55,003 nucleotides of DNA from the IMG/VR virus record IMGVR_UViG_3300030328_002398, positions 1 through 55,003 of that record. One strand, given 5' to 3'. The stretch comes from a virus (taxonomy: Duplodnaviria; Caudoviricetes). Below, one piece after another: positions 47,701-55,003 of this stretch. The translations under genes were made by a program, and so were the position numbers. The notes below the pieces were generated by a model. The model was not told where the DNA came from and searched no databases. It worked only from the letters and a program-made list of their open reading frames with translations. Positions within the stretch are counted from its first letter, which is position 1, and every line of letters starts with the position of its first letter.

Positions 47701-48768
47701 ACCAACCTATCTGCTGGATCTAACAAGTCTATGGTTATTGAGGCGGGTTCTACTGGTATGATCAAGTCTTATAGATTTGAGTCTACTGCATCCGCTGGTA
47801 GTAATGTATCTCCATTCGTTGTTGCTTCAAATACTAAGGTTGCTAACCTTAACGCTGATTTCCTCGATGGAATGAACGCAGAAGCAAATACTCAAAACGC
47901 AGCAAGTATTGTTTCAAGAGACTCTGCTGGTAGTTTCAAGGCAAATACTATTGTTGCGAACTCCTTTAATGGTGGTGCATTGAGTGGTAATGGCGGATTA
48001 ACTATCAGTAACGCTGGTACTGGTGATGCCATTGATTGTAATGGTACAATGAATGTATCAACTACATTGACAGTTGGTACTAAGGTAATTTGCCCAGACT
48101 TTGAAGGTAAGGCAGATGCTGCTGGTCTTGCAGATGACTGTAAGGGTGCTGCAGGTCAGGTTCTTTACAACTCTAGTCAGAATAATACTACTACAAGTAG
48201 TAACATGCAGTTTAATGGTACTAAACTGAGTGTTAAAGACTTTGAGTGTAATGGTACATTTACTGCTTCTGGTACTGCACAGGTTAATGCTGCTACTGCA
48301 CAGAAGGCAACAAACCTTGCTGGTGGTTCTTCATGGGCAATTCCATACTGGTCTTCAGCAAACGTAACGGATTACAATAGTTCCTTTAAGATCACCAGCG
48401 GACAGAATCTTTCAGTTCCAGGCGATATTACTGCATTTGCTTCTGATATTAGACTTAAGACAAGTATCCAACAGATTGACAACGCAGTTGCTAAGGTATG
48501 TTCCTTGAGTGGATTCACTTATACTCATAATGAGATAGGTAAGAAATTATTAGGTGGATCTGGTAACAGAAGATTTGCTGGTGTATCTGCACAGGCAGTA
48601 CAGGATGTTCTACCAGAGGCAGTTAGACCTGCTCCTACTGATGAGAACTATCTAACAGTACAGTATGAGAAACTTGTTCCTCTATTAATTGAGGCGATCA
48701 AGGAACTCAAAGATGAGATAGATGATCTAAAATCTAATAAGGTTGAGAGGATCTACAAACCCCAATAA
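41794..48768 (+). CDS. Large tail fibre protein with C-terminal intramolecular chaperone (peptidase S74)
   Basis: N-terminal PFKTIQRAL.EAARF; beta-rich body; C-terminal SDIRLK...GVSAQ.V..VLPEAV...V.YEKLVPLLIEAIKEL. Confidence 0.88.
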   Translation: MPLSRLENFLKNAEGNILYVNPSDFDATDSIENRGNSQTRPFKTIQRALIEAARFSYQSGQNNDKIDRTTILAYPGVHYIDNRPGLTVTNNNGTAEYKVRKNAAWQASTLSQFTNETNFDVLDPNNELYKYNSTEGGAILPRGTSIIGFDLRKTKLRPLYVPDPEDDNMQYSGVLRVTGTCYFTAFTIFDADISKVAYYDYDSNTKTPTFSHHKLATFTFADGMNNVLINGTDSQLTDLDMYYFKVAKAYGDSSGRPLGDYPTFTDFEPNVDEFRIVGDLAADPVGITSIKAGDGNTPTSIITVDTDRKHGLFKDTPVLIAGITTAINSYNGSFLVDEVLSDTEFRFVTPAIPGNALPTAQEIQNSSVIVEPDTVGSASPYVFNCSLRSVYGMNGLDCDGDKATGFKSMVCAQFTGISIQKDDNAFVLYNPTTAIFNDTSTVSEAEKPLHSNSRAIYKPNYETSHMRVRNNAVVQLVSVFAIAYARHFHAERGGDASITNSNSNFGQTALEASGFRPSAFDRDDVGYITHIIPPRELQNEESTSSWLTLDVAKTIGVGVTDRLYLNSYNSIDIVPPAEVDSFSIGARKGETLYLSLVNTLSGQAVQETYETPILMQVPSGIGTSYKKEYQVIRNSGVNAIISNVLQFTANHQLVNGEKIRVFSNTGETPNGIVNDKVYYAIAGGNLAADRIQLASTFNDAASRRPITGLANNGGKLTVTSTVSDKNPGDPGHPIQWDSGNNNWYILAHPSTTYNTIFPAINTIGLGVIGSETGTTYIKRRVDNRSLLDRLYRMRYVLPKEHTNARAPKPGFILQESKTVGVSSASFLTADLSNPTQLKNVKIVKNATFGSQTLTFTTEQQHRLQKGDLVTLRNIDSVNNSTGVFNVGYNGEHLIDTIPTAKSFTVAGISTDPGAFLNQINQRTTQQQIDALPTVQRSKSADTFSVYRVQESRPHVPGTSGQDGVYNLTVVCGSIPLDKDLGFGVSMKSFAQDVRNLYPQQDRDNYLSDPEPSITYSSAAVVGEVVTNDKKRSITREALSYFMQGQQVGFAVTGAVITGTGNTTITLYTDVEHKLNQVQSLSLINPGSGYNNGSGIATVLYAADLENNQLSGKNAAAEVTVSAAGTVTNVELIDGGCTYGIGNTMTISAFPAGSPTTNAVVRVDSIFQNAGDGLTLSGFETSELNGTFKIVDIPTARTVSVEIGTSRTLAPYFVGRDDRRQATYTLANVGAGITWIDVDRSSGIATIRTDTNHTLVSGNVFTIWGSKNPLFEDRLLVVDDVESNIPLRSIVCNVGIITAGIDTSYSISDATLFGTGISANAKTLGLGENNLAGRATYFYAGISTSIDAPLTSTDTSITLTSTEGFKRGDYCMINGEVVRFVNSNINKILRGQFGTLASTAIVGTTIKKIDVLPMELRRPSILRASGHTFEYLGYGSGNYSTSLPQKQDRVLSDQETLAAQKKELDGGTVVYTGMNDSGDFFTGYKKLSSITGEEEVLEAPVFTYTGDDAEAESTKRVSGVFDEVLVRESLTVEGGDNNNRTSQFYGPVNFTEKLTSNSNEGIETINMYLRGDAPQGKLITVGISTPVGVKRSGDLSFVGIPDAGGYLGHIYAEGEWRRFGVISQERDRNFLKVDQIGIGQSNVGVFNFKDSLEVNGVVKVKDLFVSGIVTFASNQSFAGVSYDTLVVKKVVNLWGYNTTGGISPQGIPWETYGYYTIVDEGGTSRLNNVEVVGTYVSFKPSAHIKNESSWHSTWSGISTFNGQLNVGDLSCGVGSITVNKFEARTAYAETLTVPKNLYATNGIVTDFKATDASITRNYSDVGITTLSHVGTSYVNETNIYTGIATQIRISNHIISPQLYALAGVVTNLNSTNIWSANVSGAAVTATDLHFTDDLYGPDMYVNTGVVTAIKSQYIGGLGNAGSGQPEISVNLNSGIVTSLTGYAMTMERINMKTGGDGVCSPKIYADVGIVTNLSAGSNKSMVIEAGSTGMIKSYRFESTASAGSNVSPFVVASNTKVANLNADFLDGMNAEANTQNAASIVSRDSAGSFKANTIVANSFNGGALSGNGGLTISNAGTGDAIDCNGTMNVSTTLTVGTKVICPDFEGKADAAGLADDCKGAAGQVLYNSSQNNTTTSSNMQFNGTKLSVKDFECNGTFTASGTAQVNAATAQKATNLAGGSSWAIPYWSSANVTDYNSSFKITSGQNLSVPGDITAFASDIRLKTSIQQIDNAVAKVCSLSGFTYTHNEIGKKLLGGSGNRRFAGVSAQAVQDVLPEAVRPAPTDENYLTVQYEKLVPLLIEAIKELKDEIDDLKSNKVERIYKPQ
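47190..47720 (+). repeat. Degenerate G[IV][VIA]T peptide repeats in the fibre shaft
   Basis: NGIVT, VGITT, TGIAT, AGVVT, TGVVT, SGIVT, VGIVT at intervals of about 15-35 aa. Confidence 0.55.
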
Positions 48769-48791
48769 ATATTAAAAAATGGGATTATTGA

Positions 48792-49589
48792 ATGAATTAC
48801 ATTGATGAATCGTGGATTAAAGTATCGGACAATATCAAATATCAAAACCGTAGGATTGGTGAAAGGGACAATCACCCTATTGTTGTAGTTGATAATGTCC
48901 TTGATAATCCCGACCTATTTGTAGAGAATATAATAAAAAAGACTCCTCTTGAGAAGGTAATTCACGAGACGATAGTATTTCCAGGCAATCAAGGTGCATG
49001 TTCCATATTATTACAGGAATTGCACACCTTGGTTGCTTGGTTTATTAATAATTTTAGTGATTTTAAAGGTGTAGTAGGTAATTCAAATGATCTTGATATA
49101 ACAGATCAAGTTAATGTAGTTCGTGGTGGGATGAAATGTCCTAGAGTTAGTGCTCAACCACATATTGATAATGCAATGTTTGCTTATGTTCTTTATTTGA
49201 ATAAAGAGGAAGATTGTGTTGGTGGTACTTCATTCTTTAAACATGAATCTACTGGTGAAACTAATATGGAATATGTTGATAATTCATATAAGAGAACAGA
49301 AGAGTATTGGAATCTTAAAGAATGGAGATATGAATTTGATAGGAAGAAGAGACTAGAAGAGGTTACATTAGACTCTGGATTTATTGAAGATGCTTATGAA
49401 GAGTATCATCATGTACCTATGAAGTACAATAGAATGATATTATATCCTGCTTATCTTTGGCATCACCCTATCATTAAAAATGATATGTTTAATGAACCAA
49501 AAGAACCAAGATTTAGCATTTCTGGTTTTGTGAATCAGGAGTATTTTATTAACCCACCAGATGATGAAGTCTTCACGCCAGTTAACTGA
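48792..49589 (+). CDS. DUF6445-like 2OG-Fe(II) oxygenase
   Basis: VVVDNVL.NPD, PHID, VLYLN....C.GGTSFF.H, MKYNRMILY....WH. Confidence 0.82.
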   Translation: MNYIDESWIKVSDNIKYQNRRIGERDNHPIVVVDNVLDNPDLFVENIIKKTPLEKVIHETIVFPGNQGACSILLQELHTLVAWFINNFSDFKGVVGNSNDLDITDQVNVVRGGMKCPRVSAQPHIDNAMFAYVLYLNKEEDCVGGTSFFKHESTGETNMEYVDNSYKRTEEYWNLKEWRYEFDRKKRLEEVTLDSGFIEDAYEEYHHVPMKYNRMILYPAYLWHHPIIKNDMFNEPKEPRFSISGFVNQEYFINPPDDEVFTPVN

Positions 49590-50142
49590 TTATATATTTA
49601 ATTATCAGGATGTCTTACCCCAAGAGAGTCATAAAAAGTTGTTAGACTTATGCGACTCATATGAGTGGCCTGAGTATGATAATTGTAGAGAGGATAATTT
49701 ATATAATTTGCATGGATATAGGTCACATAAGTTATTATCAGAGGATGATGGTGAGATATATGGTCTAATTCATAGAGCAATGATGAGAGTTATGCCTAAG
49801 ATATATAAAGACTATTCTGTGATTAATCCACCAGATTCTCCAGAGTATGATAAATACTCAGGATACTGGTTATGTAAATATCCTGAGAATGGATACCTAT
49901 CTATTCATACGGATGCTGATGGTGATGCTGGTTCTGTAACTGCATCATATAATATTAATGATAACTATGAAGGTGGTGAGATTTGCTTCTGGGGTGATAC
50001 TAACTTAGATAAACATAGTAACTCTATACATGTATATCCAAGTAACTTATTATATCCACATGAAGTGAAACCAGTAACTAAGGGTACAAGATACTCTGTT
50101 ATTGTATGGTTATCATATCAAAAAGGACAACCTTGGATCTAA
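49561..50142 (+). CDS. Prolyl-4-hydroxylase-like 2OG-Fe(II) oxygenase
   Basis: KY..., HTD, NDNYEGGE, PSN..YPHEVKPVTKGTRYS. Confidence 0.88.
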   Translation: MMKSSRQLTDYIFNYQDVLPQESHKKLLDLCDSYEWPEYDNCREDNLYNLHGYRSHKLLSEDDGEIYGLIHRAMMRVMPKIYKDYSVINPPDSPEYDKYSGYWLCKYPENGYLSIHTDADGDAGSVTASYNINDNYEGGEICFWGDTNLDKHSNSIHVYPSNLLYPHEVKPVTKGTRYSVIVWLSYQKGQPWI

Positions 50143-50146
50143 AGAA

Positions 50147-51211
50147 ATGACAGTAGATTTTGACAGTATATCAAAAGCAGTTAATAATCAACCCAAGTTG
50201 TTGAATGATACTGATGTGACAAATATCAGGAAGATTGTTGATGCTAACCCATCATTATTTGAATCTTCATGGGATCAACCTAAGACTAAACGTAGGGATG
50301 CTGGTGTATATTTTAAGAAAACAATAAAGGATGGAGTTGAAGTAGATAGTCCTAAGTATGCTTTTCTATTCTATTGTCCAACAGCAATAGATCAGTACCA
50401 ATTACAAGATGGAACTATATTAAATTGTCCCCTCTTTAAATATAATGATGGCACTAAAGGATTGTGGTTTGATGCTGATGGTAATATTGAGTGGGAGTTA
50501 TTACATTTATCAGATGAACCTCCAGTATTATCAGTAACTATTGATGCAATATGCCAACTTGCTTCTGATATTACTGGTAATCAAGATACACAGTCATTGA
50601 GAGAATATTTTAATACAGTAGATAACATAGAGACAGATAGACATGACTGGAGTTTTAATACTTTATGGATAAGTACTAAACATAAGTCTATAAAAATAGG
50701 TTTGAGTAAGACTGATGCTGCGTGGATTCCTGAAGATGTATATGGAATACTTGATAAAGTATGTGGATCTAAGAATAGTAATGCTTATAAGAATACTGAA
50801 CAGATGTTCAATACATTGGGTATAATGCAAGTAGAAACAACTCATACAATATTGACAACTAATGTTGAGTTTGATTCAACAGGATTAAAGAAAGAGATTG
50901 GATTTGAAATGGGTACATCATATAGTTTGGATGCACCACATGGTACTAATCCAATGGATAATTTTGGTGCCTTTAATAGCAAACAATCTTCATATAAGGA
51001 AGGTGTTCGTTTAATTATGGCAGATAGTAAAGATTATAATTGGATTAGTGATGAGTGGAGAGAACAGTTAGAAGTATGGGATACAAATACACACGTTGAT
51101 GCAGTCTTTGGCGATGTAATGGTTACATCATCCAAAGAAGGATGGAAAACTGATTTATTCTACGGGTTGTCTGGTTCCAAGACGGGACAACAACCTACTA
51201 ATTTAATATAA
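50147..51211 (+). CDS. Hypothetical protein
   Basis: Long ORF; no recognised motif. Confidence 0.75.
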   Translation: MTVDFDSISKAVNNQPKLLNDTDVTNIRKIVDANPSLFESSWDQPKTKRRDAGVYFKKTIKDGVEVDSPKYAFLFYCPTAIDQYQLQDGTILNCPLFKYNDGTKGLWFDADGNIEWELLHLSDEPPVLSVTIDAICQLASDITGNQDTQSLREYFNTVDNIETDRHDWSFNTLWISTKHKSIKIGLSKTDAAWIPEDVYGILDKVCGSKNSNAYKNTEQMFNTLGIMQVETTHTILTTNVEFDSTGLKKEIGFEMGTSYSLDAPHGTNPMDNFGAFNSKQSSYKEGVRLIMADSKDYNWISDEWREQLEVWDTNTHVDAVFGDVMVTSSKEGWKTDLFYGLSGSKTGQQPTNLI

Positions 51212-52873
51212 GTATCCGTTTCCACTTGTAGTATATTTGGTAGCACCACTACCACCTGATGTACCGCCTTGTCCTTGAGCACCAGTTTGACCGCAAGGGA
51301 ATCCACATCCATCATAGTCACCACCGCCACCTACTCCAGTTTGTCCTTGCTGACCACTCTGACCACTTGCTGAGTAACTTCCACCACCTCCACCAGTACC
51401 GCCTGTTCCTCCCTGACCTGCGTTGGTTCCACCTGCTGCTCCTGCTGCACCGCCACCTGCTCCTGTCAAATGAGTTCCAGAAATATTAACCCACCAACCT
51501 GCGGATGGATCCCAAGAGTATCCTAGACCCCACGCACCTCTTCCTCCTTGTCCGCCTTCTCCACCTGCTCCACCATCATTGTTACAATGTCTCTTTCTTC
51601 TCCAACAGAAAGTGCTGTTGCATCTACGACCACCGCCATGACCACCGCAACCACCTTGACCGCCTTTTCCTCCTTTTCCTCCTCCACCACCGCCACCTTC
51701 AGCGGAACTTAATGCACCTGCACCTTGACATGGAGTTGCAACGTGCATAGAAACTCCACCAGGCCCCCCACTACTGAGAGTACCACTACCATCTACGGGT
51801 CCTTGACTTAAGTTATATCCTGCTGGTGATCCTGCCCAACCATACGCACGACCTCCACTTGTTATTTGGAATACTATAGTATTTCCCTGTGCTCCTGAAC
51901 TAATGGTAACTGCTGGACTTCCCTGACTTCTTGAACCTGCATGACCACTCAATGTAATAGTCTTATTGATTTTTGCTCCCCATTCACCACCAAATATACT
52001 TGATGTACTCAACTGGTTCCAGTTACCAGAACAGTTTGCTTCAATCTTATTGCAAGAATTACGGAAACTACTGAAACTTATTTGACCACTTGTAGGAACA
52101 CCATTATTCTGAGATATATTTGCTATCTCACCGCCTCTATAGTAACTTGATATATTGTTTCTATTAGAACCAAAGGCACTCTTCAAAGCACTAACAGAGA
52201 TAGAACCACTACCAAATACTGTATTATAACTTTTACTTGTACTTCCAAAGGTTTGAACTGGTTCTCCTAATACATTATTACCCCACGCCTTTATAGGAGC
52301 ATCATCAGGTATTGTATTAGGATATGTTTGTTCTAATGTTAGTGGTGCAGATGAATCAGAACATGCCATTGACAGATCATTTTCATCATATACCATAGTA
52401 TATGTTGCCTCGTTATTATCCCTATCTACAAGTTTGATCTCATCCTTCCTACCATTGTACTTACCAATACATGATGAAAGGAACTTAACACAGTCCTTGA
52501 GATCCCTGTTGGCATAAGGTAAGTCAGTTAATTCTCTTCTGAATTTTGCATTGACAAATACTGTACCATTTTCATTGAAATATCTACTAAGTAATAAACT
52601 ATCATCTATAAATGGGTCATCATCATTTGTACCCACTAATATGACATTTCTTACACCAATATCTCTATCCTCATCAAACTCTTCCTTTCTAAACCATATC
52701 TTACAATAGAAATCACCAACAGTTGATAGACTTTTGTACAGATGTACATCATTCTCTGTAGTGTATTGGGAGTATTTAAACCCATCCACCTCAAGGTATG
52801 CTTCTGGATTCTTTGAGATCTCTAGATCTCTAAGCATACCTTCTTCTGAATAATTAGTAGGGAGTGATGTCAT
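51203..52873 (-). CDS. Glycine-rich putative adhesin / fibre-tip protein
   Basis: YYRGG and N..VPTSG.ISFS.F motifs followed by poly-Gly repeats. Confidence 0.7.
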   Translation of the reverse strand: MTSLPTNYSEEGMLRDLEISKNPEAYLEVDGFKYSQYTTENDVHLYKSLSTVGDFYCKIWFRKEEFDEDRDIGVRNVILVGTNDDDPFIDDSLLLSRYFNENGTVFVNAKFRRELTDLPYANRDLKDCVKFLSSCIGKYNGRKDEIKLVDRDNNEATYTMVYDENDLSMACSDSSAPLTLEQTYPNTIPDDAPIKAWGNNVLGEPVQTFGSTSKSYNTVFGSGSISVSALKSAFGSNRNNISSYYRGGEIANISQNNGVPTSGQISFSSFRNSCNKIEANCSGNWNQLSTSSIFGGEWGAKINKTITLSGHAGSRSQGSPAVTISSGAQGNTIVFQITSGGRAYGWAGSPAGYNLSQGPVDGSGTLSSGGPGGVSMHVATPCQGAGALSSAEGGGGGGGKGGKGGQGGCGGHGGGRRCNSTFCWRRKRHCNNDGGAGGEGGQGGRGAWGLGYSWDPSAGWWVNISGTHLTGAGGGAAGAAGGTNAGQGGTGGTGGGGGSYSASGQSGQQGQTGVGGGGDYDGCGFPCGQTGAQGQGGTSGGSGATKYTTSGNGYLY

Positions 52874-52899
52874 GTACGGAAGATACTATTTCACATCTT

Positions 52900-52917
52900 T
52901 ATTTAGTTCTCTAAATA
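52900..52917. promoter_or_regulatory. Back-to-back divergent late promoters
   Basis: TATTTAG-TTCT-CTAAATA inverted repeat between divergent genes. Confidence 0.65.
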
Positions 52918-52949
52918 TGGTATAATAGATATTATGTTGCATCAATTCA

Positions 52950-53129
52950 ATGGCAAATCATCAAGAGTCTCTCGCACAAAGAGCAGAAGTCCTTCAAAAA
53001 GAGATTGTGGAATTACAAAAGCAGTTTGAATTAAAGAAGGAAGAGTTCCTTAAGGTACAAGGTGCTTTGGAAATGTTACAAGTATTAGAGAATGAAAAGA
53101 ACAATGAAGGATCTAGTGAAGGAGATTGA
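52950..53129 (+). CDS. 59-aa coiled-coil protein (not in ORF track)
   Basis: L..R...LQKEI.ELQ.Q...K.EE.LKVQGALE.L. Confidence 0.7.
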   Translation: MANHQESLAQRAEVLQKEIVELQKQFELKKEEFLKVQGALEMLQVLENEKNNEGSSEGD

Positions 53130-53280
53130 TAATATTATCTTGAACCTAGACAATAAACCAGATCAGAATTATTTAAAGCATCGTGATAAAGAAGAAATTC
53201 AAATAGATGCCATTACAGATATTCCTTCTGGAATGAAAGATGCTCTTGATGTTATTGACATTAAGAACAGACAGAGATAG
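53104..53280 (+). CDS. Hypothetical protein
   Basis: ORF track, second ATG. Confidence 0.55.
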   Translation: MKDLVKEIDNIILNLDNKPDQNYLKHRDKEEIQIDAITDIPSGMKDALDVIDIKNRQR

Positions 53281-53283
53281 ACT
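53255..53283 (+). promoter_or_regulatory. Sigma70 promoter
   Basis: TTGACA-17 nt-TAGACT just before the oxygenase pair. Confidence 0.6.
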
Positions 53284-53289
53284 ATTGTT

Positions 53290-53895
53290 ATGAATGTATT
53301 TCCAACTCTGGTGGAAGAGTATGATTTATCTACTCATCCAAATCTAAAAGATTTTACAGAACATATAAAGAATAATGGTAAGAATAACTCACACTCATTA
53401 GCAGTTAATGGTGTGAGTTCTCATGGTGGATGGGATCCATTACAGGATGAAGTTGCTCACCCCATGTTATTTGCATTTCAACAATGTATTGATGACTATG
53501 GTGATAAGACAGGGTACTGGCCTTCAATGTTAAGTGGTTCGTGGTATAATATACTTCCTAAAGGTGGATTTACTCACAGACATAGACATGAAGGTAGTGT
53601 AATTAGTGGAGCATTCTATTGGGATTTGCCTGAAGGAGATCATGGTAACCTGTATATGATCTCACCATTAATTCCTTATAAAATGTGTGAAACACATTTG
53701 AAGCAAACTCCCTACACATTGTATGAGTTTGATGTACCTATTAAGAGTAATCATCTTTATATCTTTCCATCATGGTTAGAACATGGTAGCAGAGTTAATA
53801 ATACAAATCAAGATAGATTTACTGTTAGTTTTAATACTATTCCATTTCCTATGGAACACATGGATGAGAAAAGATTGGAAAAGGTTAAGAACTGA
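53290..53895 (+). CDS. 2OG-Fe(II) oxygenase (TIGR02466-like)
   Basis: FPT, SWYNI...G....HRH..S.ISG, IFPSWLEH, RFTVSFN. Confidence 0.88.
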   Translation: MNVFPTLVEEYDLSTHPNLKDFTEHIKNNGKNNSHSLAVNGVSSHGGWDPLQDEVAHPMLFAFQQCIDDYGDKTGYWPSMLSGSWYNILPKGGFTHRHRHEGSVISGAFYWDLPEGDHGNLYMISPLIPYKMCETHLKQTPYTLYEFDVPIKSNHLYIFPSWLEHGSRVNNTNQDRFTVSFNTIPFPMEHMDEKRLEKVKN

Positions 53896-54614
53896 TGGAT
53901 GTATTTCCTATTTTACCCACACCTTTGGGTGTAGTTTCATGTCCTTTTCATAAAGACATAAAATCGCTAGTTTTAAAAGAAATCGCTATGAAGTCTGGGT
54001 CATCCCATACAAATCAAAGTGGCGATTTTTTGTACCATTTAGACTACTATTCATTATTACATGAAGAGAAGTTTGAAAGATTGAAATATTGGATAGAAGA
54101 ACAGGGTGAAATCTTTGTAAAAGATGTAATGGGACATTATTTACAAGATACAATGATTGCTACAGATAGTTGGGTGAATATTTGTGAGAGAGGTGGAAAC
54201 CAACATGCACATAATCATGTTAATTCTTTAATCTCTGGAGTATATTATGTAAGTAAAAGTGATGCTCACTCTTCAACATATTTTGTAAGGAAAGAATCAA
54301 TGGGAGCAATTAACAGTGCTACTGCTACTTCTCCTACAATATCAATTCCATTTGAACAGAAAACAGAATTTAATCAGGAAGGCGAAATGCAAGTAAATGA
54401 AGGTGATCTAGTATTGTTCCCTTCAACCGTACTTCATGGATATAAGACAAATCGTGAAGATGATCGGGTTACTATTGCCATGAACCTCATGCCTAATGTA
54501 GTATGTGGATGGGATTATGGGTGGAGAGTCGATACTCTTACCAATAATCAAAGAATGAAAATGCACAAGAAGAGAAATCAAGGAGATCTCTTCTTATATC
54601 CAGATCTGGAGTAA
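53895..54614 (+). CDS. 2OG-Fe(II) oxygenase (TIGR02466-like)
   Basis: SWVN....G.Q..HNH.NS.ISGVYY, EGDLVLFPS..LHG, RVTIAMN. Confidence 0.88.
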   Translation: MDVFPILPTPLGVVSCPFHKDIKSLVLKEIAMKSGSSHTNQSGDFLYHLDYYSLLHEEKFERLKYWIEEQGEIFVKDVMGHYLQDTMIATDSWVNICERGGNQHAHNHVNSLISGVYYVSKSDAHSSTYFVRKESMGAINSATATSPTISIPFEQKTEFNQEGEMQVNEGDLVLFPSTVLHGYKTNREDDRVTIAMNLMPNVVCGWDYGWRVDTLTNNQRMKMHKKRNQGDLFLYPDLE

Positions 54615-54617
54615 ATT

Positions 54618-54932
54618 ATGCTTTGGGAATTATTTCACACAACTAAGTCAGGAACTAGAATATCCACTCTCTTTGAAAGTTTAACTGATAAGAGAACTGA
54701 TGCACTATCAGAAGCAAGTGCTAGATATGGTACTTCTAATTTACATGTAGTTCCTAAGTTAAAAGATAGTAGATCCACTCTTGGTTCCACTATTATTCAG
54801 GGTGTTGGTGGTTCTGAACCAGTATGGACAGTATTGGGTATAATTATGGTAATGACATTATATTACTGGTGGGGTTTGATAGTACCATTAGTAGCATGGT
54901 GGGGATTCAAGAAGTGGATAGGTGTCGATTGA
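54618..54932 (+). CDS. Hypothetical membrane protein
   Basis: C-terminal Trp-rich TM segment. Confidence 0.7.
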   Translation: MLWELFHTTKSGTRISTLFESLTDKRTDALSEASARYGTSNLHVVPKLKDSRSTLGSTIIQGVGGSEPVWTVLGIIMVMTLYYWWGLIVPLVAWWGFKKWIGVD

Positions 54933-54949
54933 TGAAGTGGCACATGGTA

Positions 54950-54979
54950 TTGTCACAACCCTAGAATATGGGTTATACT
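54950..54979 (+). promoter_or_regulatory. Probable early promoter for the next gene
   Basis: TTGTCA-18 nt-TATACT, followed by AAGGA at the window end. Confidence 0.5.
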
Positions 54980-55003
54980 AATAAAGTAATCAAGAAAAGG
55001 ACT

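Noticed and set aside
41794-52873. Diversity-generating retroelement or invertible fibre cassette
   Set aside because: No reverse transcriptase or recombinase, no template/variable repeat pair, and no flanking inverted repeats seen around the inverted gene

Overview
Window from a T4-like cyanomyovirus genome, most likely a Prochlorococcus-infecting phage given its Prochlorococcus-type D1. It runs from psbA through an auxiliary-metabolic region (purC, glutaredoxins, carbamoyltransferase, psbN-like, def, ho1, talC, thyX, phoH). It then crosses the gp33/gp32 and baseplate/head-completion block (gp53, 48, 2, 4, 54-like, 26, 51, cp12, gp5) and an RNA-gene cluster. It ends in a hypervariable island of 2OG-Fe(II) oxygenases, a second carbamoyltransferase and tail-fibre genes. 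Five signals stand out. (1) A circularly permuted two-piece tmRNA has a complete tRNA-Asn as its intervening segment and an unusually long tag. (2) Tandem glutamine-riboswitch-like aptamers precede a DUF4278 gene, and the second aptamer encloses a whole 54-aa ORF. (3) Across the window CCWGG occurs only as GCCWGG or CCWGGC and CCGG appears absent, suggesting a context-dependent DNA modification or restriction pressure. (4) An apparent 11-nt deletion frameshifts psbA before the Mn-cluster ligands. (5) A Mom-family adenine-modification gene sits next to psbA. All assignments come from reading motifs by eye; no database searches were run.
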